Source: Parvibaculaceae bacterium (GTDB taxonomy: Bacteria > Pseudomonadota > Alphaproteobacteria > Parvibaculales > Parvibaculaceae). Taken from it: a DNA stretch of 24,000 nucleotides. The translations under genes were made by a program, and so were the position numbers. The notes beneath the pieces are model-generated. The model had not been told where the DNA came from, did not search any database, and saw nothing but the letters and a program-made list of their open reading frames with translations. Positions 9,609 to 15,793 of the stretch are shown here, in pieces. How positions within the stretch are numbered: the stretch's first letter is position 1; each line of letters starts with the position of its first letter. The stretch covers positions 3,536,153-3,560,152 of the forward strand of contig OZ253944.1 of the NCBI GenBank assembly GCA_965267265.1, in the 5' to 3' direction.

Positions 9609-10048
9609 CAGTCAGTGTCCTTGATATCAGGCGCGCGCGACGCAAACGCTATGAAGACGGCAATCATCACACTTGCGACGGTCAGTCCGACACCCGCCTC
9701 AACGAGGATGATGCCCAAATGTTGACCGCCAACCGCATGCTCGGCGTCTGCTAGGGCGGAATAGTCTAGGAAGTTCTTGCCTCGAATGAAGCTAACAGCG
9801 CCGGTTCCTGCATAGAGGAGGACCCCGAGCGCGATACCGGCGCGAACGACCGCCGGCGGTGCCACCTGCCGCAGCTTGTCCAGGCCATAGACGAGCCCAT
9901 AAAGGATGAAGCCCACGGCAAAAATCACACCAGCCTGAAAACCGCCACCTGGACCAAAGTCGCCATGGAATTGGACATAAAGAGCGTAGAGCAGAATAGG
10001 TGGAATGAGCATCTTTGAGACGACGCGTAGTATGAAGTGATGATCCAT
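9605..10048 (-). CDS. mrpB: Cation:proton antiporter subunit B (MnhB domain)
   Basis: 147 aa. Contains the MnhB hallmark HGDFGPGGGFQAGVIFA. Its start overlaps the upstream stop (TGATG). Confidence 0.8.
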   Translation of the reverse strand: MDHHFILRVVSKMLIPPILLYALYVQFHGDFGPGGGFQAGVIFAVGFILYGLVYGLDKLRQVAPPAVVRAGIALGVLLYAGTGAVSFIRGKNFLDYSALADAEHAVGGQHLGIILVEAGVGLTVASVMIAVFIAFASRAPDIKDTDW

Positions 10049-10566
10049 CAGGTATCTGCCCCCTCGCCATCATCTTCACGTCGGCGCCTTGTTGAGCTGT
10101 GGAGCAGCACAATGACCCCTATTCCCGCTGTGAAGATAACCACAACTTCGCCGAGCGTGTCATATCCCCTGTAGGAAGCGAGGACGGCGGTGACAATATT
10201 GGGAATGTCAATTTCCTTAGGTGTGCGGTCGATGTATTCCGGCGCCACATGTTTTTGCACGGGGGTATCGGCCGAACCAAAGGGCGGTAGATCAGCCGTG
10301 CCGTAAAGAAGCGCAGCGCCGGTCACAAATACAACGAGGAGCGGCAAAGCCCTGGAATGCTGCGCCGGTTTTTCTTCCTGCCTTGTCAGAGCCAGGGTCC
10401 CGAGCATGAGGACCGTCGAAATGCCCGCACCGACGGCGGCTTCTGTGAAGGCAACGTCGACGGCGTCCATCGCAACGAACAGACCAGCAGAGAGCAGACT
10501 GAACACGCCGGACAGCATGACGACAGCGAATAGGTTCCGCAGTTTCATGATCGCGATAGCTGTCAC
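10048..10566 (-). CDS. MbhD/MbhE-like subunit (DUF4040 plus MnhB-N-like segment; corresponds to the MrpA C-terminal / MrpB N-terminal region)
   Basis: 172 aa from GTG at 10566. DVAFTEAAVGAGISTVLML resembles the DUF4040/MbhD motif. NIVTAVLASYRGYDTLGEVVVIFTAGIGV resembles the MnhB N-terminal motif. The reading frame stays open upstream to 10620 and encodes a further hydrophobic helix, so the true start may be the ATA at 10608 (see findings). Confidence 0.7.
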   Translation of the reverse strand: MTAIAIMKLRNLFAVVMLSGVFSLLSAGLFVAMDAVDVAFTEAAVGAGISTVLMLGTLALTRQEEKPAQHSRALPLLVVFVTGAALLYGTADLPPFGSADTPVQKHVAPEYIDRTPKEIDIPNIVTAVLASYRGYDTLGEVVVIFTAGIGVIVLLHSSTRRRREDDGEGADT

Positions 10567-10604
10567 GATAAGAAAGCTGAAAAGGATGATGTCGATATAC
10601 GCTT

Positions 10605-10952
10605 CTATGACTTTGTCCCTTTCACATCTTCGTCATCATCGTTCTTGACCTCACCAAGCGGCCGAATGCCAGCGACGTAAGCCGCATTGGCGACGGCATG
10701 GGTGCCTGTCGGGCTTGTCAGGAAGACAAACAGGCCGATCAAGATGAGTTTGATCGTGACTTGGGTAAGGCCAGCCTGGAAAATCATGCCGAGCAGAATA
10801 AGTTCAGCCCCCGCGGTATCGATCACGCCCGCGCCATGTAGCCGCGACCAGAAGTCAGGCAAGCGGATCATGCCAAGTGCACCGACAATCAGAAAAAATC
10901 CGCCGAGAGCGAACGAAATCCAGCTGGCGATGTCGAGAGCGAGATCGATCAT
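10605..10952 (-). CDS. mrpG: Cation:proton antiporter subunit G
   Basis: 115 aa. GALGMIRLPDFWSRLHGAG matches the MnhG/PhaG pattern. 4-nt overlap with mrpF. Confidence 0.8.
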   Translation of the reverse strand: MIDLALDIASWISFALGGFFLIVGALGMIRLPDFWSRLHGAGVIDTAGAELILLGMIFQAGLTQVTIKLILIGLFVFLTSPTGTHAVANAAYVAGIRPLGEVKNDDDEDVKGTKS

Positions 10953-11254
10953 TCGGCCGCGCTCCCTTTGTTTTCGTTAGTAGGGATGTGTGACGTCCGA
11001 CCAAGCGCCCGATACCGGAAGAATTTGAGAATTGCGATTGTTCCAACGAAGTTGATGAGTGCGTAGAGCAGGGCGATATCGAGAAACTCAGGGCGTTCCG
11101 TCAGGAATCCAATCAGGCCAATGATCAGGACAGTCACCGTACCGAAGGCATTCACGGCCAATACGCGGTCATAAACCGTCGGTCCAAGAAAGGCCCTGAT
11201 GAGGATGAGTGCCATCGCGACAGAGACGGCCATGGTTGCGGCAGTAAACATCAC
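10949..11254 (-). CDS. mrpF: Cation:proton antiporter subunit F
   Basis: 101 aa, 3 TM. RAFLGPTVYDRVLAVNAFGT matches the MnhF pattern. 4-nt overlap with mrpE. Confidence 0.75.
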   Translation of the reverse strand: MMFTAATMAVSVAMALILIRAFLGPTVYDRVLAVNAFGTVTVLIIGLIGFLTERPEFLDIALLYALINFVGTIAILKFFRYRALGRTSHIPTNENKGSAAE

Positions 11255-11730
11255 GAGCGGCTCTCCACGGCAGAAACGCGCGCGCCCATATCATTGAGGG
11301 CGGCCAAATCGGCTGCGTCATCGGTCAGAGCATGGACCAGAAAGGAGTTACGTTCGGTCTCAACTGTGATCGTTCCAGGGGTCAAAGTGATCGAGTTTGC
11401 AAAAGTAACCCGTCCCACATCCGTTACCTGGTCGGCGGGAACATTGATCAGCCGCTGATTGAGCCGCATGCGGGGCGAAAGAATAACTTTGGAGACCGCC
11501 CAGTTAGCTTTGCCAATTTCTGAAGAGAGCCAAAAAAGGTATCCAAATACACCAAACTTCAATTGCAGCGGGATCGATTCATGATCGACGACCTCCATGC
11601 GCGCCGCGATGTAGACACAGGCAACACATGACGCGACTCCGAGACCCAAAAGCAGCGTGTTATCTAGATATCCTGATAGAAGAAGCCAGAGACCAAAAAG
11701 GCCCAAGCCCATAGTGACGGCGTGAATCAT
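11251..11730 (-). CDS. mrpE: Cation:proton antiporter subunit E
   Basis: 159 aa. Two N-terminal TMs, then ANWAVSKVILSPRM...FANSITLTPGTITVE, typical of MnhE. It is the first gene of the cluster, and a 328-nt divergent intergenic region lies upstream. Confidence 0.8.
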   Translation of the reverse strand: MIHAVTMGLGLFGLWLLLSGYLDNTLLLGLGVASCVACVYIAARMEVVDHESIPLQLKFGVFGYLFWLSSEIGKANWAVSKVILSPRMRLNQRLINVPADQVTDVGRVTFANSITLTPGTITVETERNSFLVHALTDDAADLAALNDMGARVSAVESRS

Positions 11731-11924
11731 ACCCCTGCTTTCGGACTAATAGCGCAATTTTGTTTTTTGTCATTGTTGCGCTGATCCTCGGAACGTGCTG
11801 CGACGGTCTCACTCTTTCTTCGTGTTTACCTTCAACAGCTCATCTCTTTTCTTAATCGCTCATCGTTAAGCCTGCAAGACGTGTGGACATTGAGGTACGC
11901 CTAAGCAAAAGCTGCGCTAGTGGG

Positions 11925-11953
11925 TTTGGCCGCGACGGAAAAATCTGTATAAT
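11925..11953 (+). promoter_or_regulatory. Candidate sigma70-type promoter for the cold-shock-domain gene
   Basis: Perfect TATAAT at 11948..11953, preceded by TG. TTTGGC/TTGGCC lies 16-17 nt upstream as a weak -35. This would give a ~100-nt 5' UTR, consistent with the long leaders known for csp genes. Sequence pattern only. Confidence 0.4.
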
Positions 11954-12064
11954 TAACCATTGCCTCTTTGGGGGGGGCACGCTGAAGATCAAAGACGGCC
12001 GGTCTGCCGCATGTGTGAGTTGCGTGAGTAGCGGTACCATATCCGGTCTGATTTCGGGGTGGGG

Positions 12065-12631
12065 ATGGAAGAACAATTCGAATCCACCGGTGAATCACCC
12101 GAAACGACTGTTGAAATACACGGCGTTGTTAAGTGGTTTGATTCGGTAAAGGGGTACGGGTTCCTGGTACCAGATGATGGTGCCGCGGACGTGTTGGTAC
12201 ACTCCTCGTGTTTGCGTCAGTTTGGGCGTGATACGTTAGAGGAAGGGGCCACGATTACCTGCGAGGCCGTAAAACGGCCAAAGGGCATGCAGGCTTCTAA
12301 GATTCTTGAGATTGATGACAGTACGGCGGTGCAGACAGCGCCCATCCGGCCGGCTGACAAAAATCCAGAGACAGCAGTGGTGCCGGTCGGTGATTTTGAG
12401 GTCGCTGTGGTGAAGTGGTTTAACCGGGCGCGCGGCTATGGTTTCGTCACGCGTGGTGATGGGACGCCCGACATCTTCGTGCATATGGAGACGTTACGAC
12501 GCTTTGGCATTCGGGAACTGGTGCCCGGCCAAGAGGTAAGTGTGCGGTTTGGTGAGGGACCAAAGGGTCTTATGGTGGCGGAAATATCCGCAAGCGGCGA
12601 CTCCAGCGATACGCCAGAGGATACGCATTAG
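12065..12631 (+). CDS. Cold-shock-domain protein with two tandem CSDs
   Basis: Two CSD units: [29 protein letters not shown] and [32 protein letters not shown] (RNP1-like K/RGYGF). Start placed at the ATG at 12065, after a GGGGTGGGG purine tract. The track ORF begins at GTG 12059. Two-CSD Csp proteins are known in alphaproteobacteria (Caulobacter CspC/CspD). Confidence 0.85.
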   Translation: MEEQFESTGESPETTVEIHGVVKWFDSVKGYGFLVPDDGAADVLVHSSCLRQFGRDTLEEGATITCEAVKRPKGMQASKILEIDDSTAVQTAPIRPADKNPETAVVPVGDFEVAVVKWFNRARGYGFVTRGDGTPDIFVHMETLRRFGIRELVPGQEVSVRFGEGPKGLMVAEISASGDSSDTPEDTH

Positions 12632-12689
12632 GTTCTGAGACAGCCACAAGATCAGGTGCAATTCAGCTCTCTCTGGTCTATGCAGTGCC

Positions 12690-13145
12690 ATGTCTAAATC
12701 TTCGAAACATTCTCGATTAAGCGACGACGAGTACCCGTGGAACCCTCCAGAAGGGTTTCAGGAATCCACTACGCGCGGTCCCTACACGAGCCATAATGGA
12801 CCTTTTTTCCACAAAACAACTGATGATGGCTTTTGGCACGGGGTGAGGGTGCAAAAGCGCCATTGCAATTCTAAAGGCATCACCCATGGCGGCATGCTGA
12901 TGGCCTTCGCGGATGGGCTTCTGGGGACCGCGGTCTATCTCGAAACCAAGACCGTGGCGCTGACGGCTCGCATGAATTCAGACTTTCTGTCATCGGCGAG
13001 GCCCGGCGAGTGGCTTGAGGGCACTGCCCGCGTCACGCGCGCCACTTCATCGGTAGCGTTTTGCGAGGCAGAACTCTATGTGGGCCACCGCTCGGTGCTC
13101 CGCGCCACGGGCGTTTTCAAGCTCATGCAGCGGCACCGGGAATAG
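12690..13145 (+). CDS. PaaI-family hotdog-fold thioesterase
   Basis: 151 aa. GITHGGMLMAFADGLLGTAV is the typical PaaI/4HBT-type motif, with a C-terminal beta-sheet segment (ARVTRATSSVAFCEAELY). Confidence 0.7.
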   Translation: MSKSSKHSRLSDDEYPWNPPEGFQESTTRGPYTSHNGPFFHKTTDDGFWHGVRVQKRHCNSKGITHGGMLMAFADGLLGTAVYLETKTVALTARMNSDFLSSARPGEWLEGTARVTRATSSVAFCEAELYVGHRSVLRATGVFKLMQRHRE

Positions 13146-13229
13146 GTAGTCCGGCCGACCGGAATTTTGGCCGATTTTCTTCGATTTGGGCATTGCACCA
13201 AAAGCAAAGGGGCGCTAACAAGGCGCCGT

Positions 13230-13306
13230 CGGGGCATGGCGCAGTCTGGTAGCGCACCTGGTTTGGGACCAGGGGGTCGCAAGTTCGAATCTTGCTGCCC
13301 CGACCA
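13230..13306 (+). tRNA. tRNA-Pro (anticodon UGG)
   Basis: Manual cloverleaf: acceptor CGGGGCA/TGCCCCG; D stem GCGC/GCGC; anticodon stem CCTGG/CCAGG with loop TTTGGGA; T stem GCAAG/CTTGC with loop TTCGAAT; discriminator A; encoded CCA. Confidence 0.93.
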
Positions 13307-13362
13307 GCTTTCCCAGAATTAAACTGATCGACCCAAGCGTGATGTATTCACGCGGAAATGAA

Positions 13363-13391
13363 TTGACATGAGACGTGTCATTAGTTTCTAT
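13363..13391 (+). promoter_or_regulatory. Candidate promoter with an overlapping imperfect palindrome upstream of the dehalogenase gene
   Basis: TTGACA at 13363..13368. A weak -10-like TTCTAT sits 17 nt downstream. The inverted repeat TGACATG-aga-CGTGTCA (13364..13380) overlaps the -35. AGGAGA RBS at 13408. Pattern only. Confidence 0.3.
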
Positions 13392-13418
13392 GGATGCAAC
13401 CAATAACAGGAGACGTCC

Positions 13419-14420
13419 ATGAAAGTTCTGCGCACCCCCGAAGAGCGATTCGAAAACCTGCCTCTGTACCCATTTGCCCCCAATTATTGCGACGTTGATG
13501 ATGGCGAGGGCCATGTCGTGCGAATGCATTACGTCGACGAAGGGCCGAAAGACGGGTCCATCATCCTGGCGATGCATGGGCAACCGGTCTGGTCTTACCT
13601 CTACCGGAAGATGATTCCCTTATTCACGGCCAAGGGGTACCGCGTAATTTGCCCGGATCTCATTGGCTTCGGTCGGTCAGATAAGCCAACCAGCATCGAT
13701 GACTACACTTATGCCCGACATGTCGGCTGGGTGACGTCCCTGGTGGCGCAGCTTGATCTGCAGAACGTCACTTTCTTCGGCCAGGACTGGGGTGGGCTCA
13801 TTGGCCTCCGCGTTGTCGCCGAAAATGAAGGACGGTTCGCTCGGGTTTGCATCGGGAACACCGGTCTGCCGGACGCCAAAGATACGCCGATGGAAATGGC
13901 GCCCAAGATGCACGCCTATTATGAGAGCATTGAGGTTCCGACCGCCGAGAACTTGGCGACCCACTTTATTGAGAATACGAATGGGATGGGTTTCTTGCAT
14001 TGGGTGAAGTTTGCGGCGGAAGCCACTGATTTTGTTGTCTCAAGCATGGTCCAGAACAGTTCGCCGGTTGGGATATCTGACGAGGAAGCTGCCGCGTTTG
14101 ATGCGCCATTCCCAAGCGATGAGTATATGGTTGGGGCCCGCAAGTTTCCCTCGTTGGTGCCGATCATCCCAGATAACCCAGCTATTCCGGCAAATCGGGC
14201 GGCCTGGGATGTCTTCCATAAGTGGGAGAAGCCGTTTCTCACGGCGTTCAGTGATATGGACCCCGTCACAGCGGGCGGCGAGGCGCGGTTCCAAGAGGAA
14301 GTACCAGGCGCCAAGGGTCAGCCCCACACAACCATCACCACAGCGGGTCACTTCCTGCAGCATGATCAGCCGGAGGCCCTCGCGACCGTCATTATGGATT
14401 TCATCGAAGCCAATCCATAA
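13419..14420 (+). CDS. Haloalkane dehalogenase, HLD-I (DhlA-like) subfamily
   Basis: 333 aa. It is collinear with my recollection of Xanthobacter DhlA: RTPEERFENLPLYPFAPNY vs RTPDQRFSNLDQYPFSPNY, HGQPVWSYLYRKMIPLF vs HGEPTWSYLYRKMIPVF, and GQDWGG vs VQDWGG. All pentad positions look conserved (see findings). Confidence 0.8.
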   Translation: MKVLRTPEERFENLPLYPFAPNYCDVDDGEGHVVRMHYVDEGPKDGSIILAMHGQPVWSYLYRKMIPLFTAKGYRVICPDLIGFGRSDKPTSIDDYTYARHVGWVTSLVAQLDLQNVTFFGQDWGGLIGLRVVAENEGRFARVCIGNTGLPDAKDTPMEMAPKMHAYYESIEVPTAENLATHFIENTNGMGFLHWVKFAAEATDFVVSSMVQNSSPVGISDEEAAAFDAPFPSDEYMVGARKFPSLVPIIPDNPAIPANRAAWDVFHKWEKPFLTAFSDMDPVTAGGEARFQEEVPGAKGQPHTTITTAGHFLQHDQPEALATVIMDFIEANP

Positions 14421-14449
14421 GCTGGCCCCCAGGAAGATGGGGGAAAGCC

Positions 14450-15349
14450 ATGAGTTGGTGGATGACAGGGCTTCTGGGCCTGATAGTAATTCTGGGAGTT
14501 GGCGGCCTTTACCTTTGGCATTCAAATGTGCCGCCCAGGCCTTCCGTGGGCGTGGCGACGACCTTGGTCAGCGGCGACGAAACACGCGGCTACTATGTCT
14601 CAGGCACCGGCCCGTCAATTGTTCTGCTAGCGAGCCTTGGGCGCGCAGCGAGTGATTTCAACGAGTTAGTCGTCAGTCTTAATCAGGCAGGTTATCGGAC
14701 GATTGCTATCGATCCGCCGGGCATCGGCGAAAGCACGCTGATGGGCTCGGAAGGCATGACGGGCCACGACCTCGCGGACGGGGTCCATGAGATCGTTAAA
14801 AAGGAAGTGCCAGCCGGAGAGCAATTTGCTGTGCTCGGTCACGCCTTTGGCAATCGCATCGCGCGGACCTATGCGGCTGACTATCCCGAGCGGGTCGCGG
14901 CAACAATCCTGGCGGCTGCAGGGGGCAAAGTCGCGATTGATCCGAAAGCTGCTGAAGCGCTCAGAAGCAGCTTTTTGACGTTCATGCCGGATTGGTGGCG
15001 GCGCCCGAAAGTGCGCTACGCGTTTTTCAGCGGTGACAATGAAATACCGGACTATTGGATGGGCGGATGGTCTACGGGCACCGCGCAGCTGCAGGGACAC
15101 ACCACCCGCATCACGCCGTCAGCAGACTTTTGGGGCGGTGGCACCGCGCCCATGCTGGTCGTTCAGGCCATGGATGACACGATCGCCCCACCGGAGCACA
15201 CGGCCGTGCTCTTGAAGGAGGAGTTTGGAGACCGGGTGACAGTCGCTGAAATCGAAAATGCAGGCCATGCGCTGTTGCCAGAACAACCAGATCAAGTCGC
15301 TGAAGCGGTACTCGGGTTCCTGAATATCCATCACCCGGCTGATCGTTAA
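14450..15349 (+). CDS. Membrane-anchored alpha/beta-hydrolase-fold protein with a non-canonical (Ala) nucleophile elbow
   Basis: 299 aa. N-terminal TM WWMTGLLGLIVILGVGGLYLW. Alpha/beta-fold landmarks are IAIDPPGIGES, elbow VLGHAFGN (G-H-A-F-G), acid VVQAMDDTIAP and His ENAGHALLPEQP. It starts 29 nt after the dehalogenase stop. Confidence 0.7.
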   Translation: MSWWMTGLLGLIVILGVGGLYLWHSNVPPRPSVGVATTLVSGDETRGYYVSGTGPSIVLLASLGRAASDFNELVVSLNQAGYRTIAIDPPGIGESTLMGSEGMTGHDLADGVHEIVKKEVPAGEQFAVLGHAFGNRIARTYAADYPERVAATILAAAGGKVAIDPKAAEALRSSFLTFMPDWWRRPKVRYAFFSGDNEIPDYWMGGWSTGTAQLQGHTTRITPSADFWGGGTAPMLVVQAMDDTIAPPEHTAVLLKEEFGDRVTVAEIENAGHALLPEQPDQVAEAVLGFLNIHHPADR

Positions 15350-15570
15350 GCCGCGGCGGCGGGGGTAAAATCAATCGGGATTTCGTTGAGCCAGAAGGCT
15401 CGCTTCACGAAATGCTGGAGGTCATCTGTGGGATAGCACATATGTCCGCCCGCGAGGTGGTGGGGTGCAAATTCGAGGATGAACTCGACATCCAGCCAGT
15501 TGAAGCCAAGGCGATTGAGCTTCCGGGCAGCTTCTGCGGCGGTGATCGTCTTCTGAGAAGTGTTGGTCAT
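15346..15570 (-). CDS. Small hypothetical protein (74 aa)
   Basis: Start re-set to ATG 15570 (MTNTSQKTITAAEAARKLNRLGF...), preceded by GGAGAGG 6 nt upstream. Third codon positions are G/C-rich like neighbouring genes. I recognise no family. Its stop overlaps the convergent hydrolase stop (TTAA). Confidence 0.5.
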   Translation of the reverse strand: MTNTSQKTITAAEAARKLNRLGFNWLDVEFILEFAPHHLAGGHMCYPTDDLQHFVKRAFWLNEIPIDFTPAAAA

Positions 15571-15793
15571 GATTGGCCTCTCCATAACGCACGGGTGGAC
15601 GATTTCGGATAGCGGCTGTTTGCCGCTCTGTGATGCGCCTTTGTCTAAGGATCGGCCATGACCACTATTTGTCTTGGGTGCGATAGTTTGGTGACGTAAT
15701 TGAGCCCGTTCCGGGACGCCAAGCTCTTGATTTTTTGACACAAATCAGGCGATACAGTGCACAAGACGCTGATTTGATCTTGAGGATTGTTCC

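Noticed and set aside
4228-11523. Numerous 60-208-aa ORFs antisense to, or out of frame with, the Mrp-like genes (for example 5218..5826+, 9099..9725+, 6596..7123-, 4850..5239-)
   Set aside because: They are embedded entirely within long, family-recognisable membrane-protein ORFs. Their compositions are Arg/Gly/Pro/His-rich with no hydrophobic periodicity or RBS context. They are shadow ORFs of GC-rich DNA.
13150-13168. Hairpin TCCGG-ccga-CCGGA followed by ATTTTGG after the thioesterase gene, as a terminator
   Set aside because: The stem is only 5 bp and the U-tract is short and interrupted. That is too weak to report as a feature.
13215-13583. 122-aa minus-strand ORF spanning tRNA-Pro and the dehalogenase 5' end
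   Set aside because: It overlaps a clear tRNA gene and the start of a well-supported CDS on the other strand. It shows no recognisable family.
14011-14655. 214-aa (+) and 161-aa (-) ORFs overlapping the dehalogenase/hydrolase junction
   Set aside because: They are alternative-frame or antisense shadows of two homology-supported alpha/beta-fold genes, with Arg/Ser/Pro-rich translations.
15571-15741. N-terminal 57-aa extension of the small minus-strand ORF (track start 15741)
   Set aside because: The extension is polar and low-complexity and has no RBS. The internal ATG at 15570 has a GGAGAGG Shine-Dalgarno at ideal spacing.
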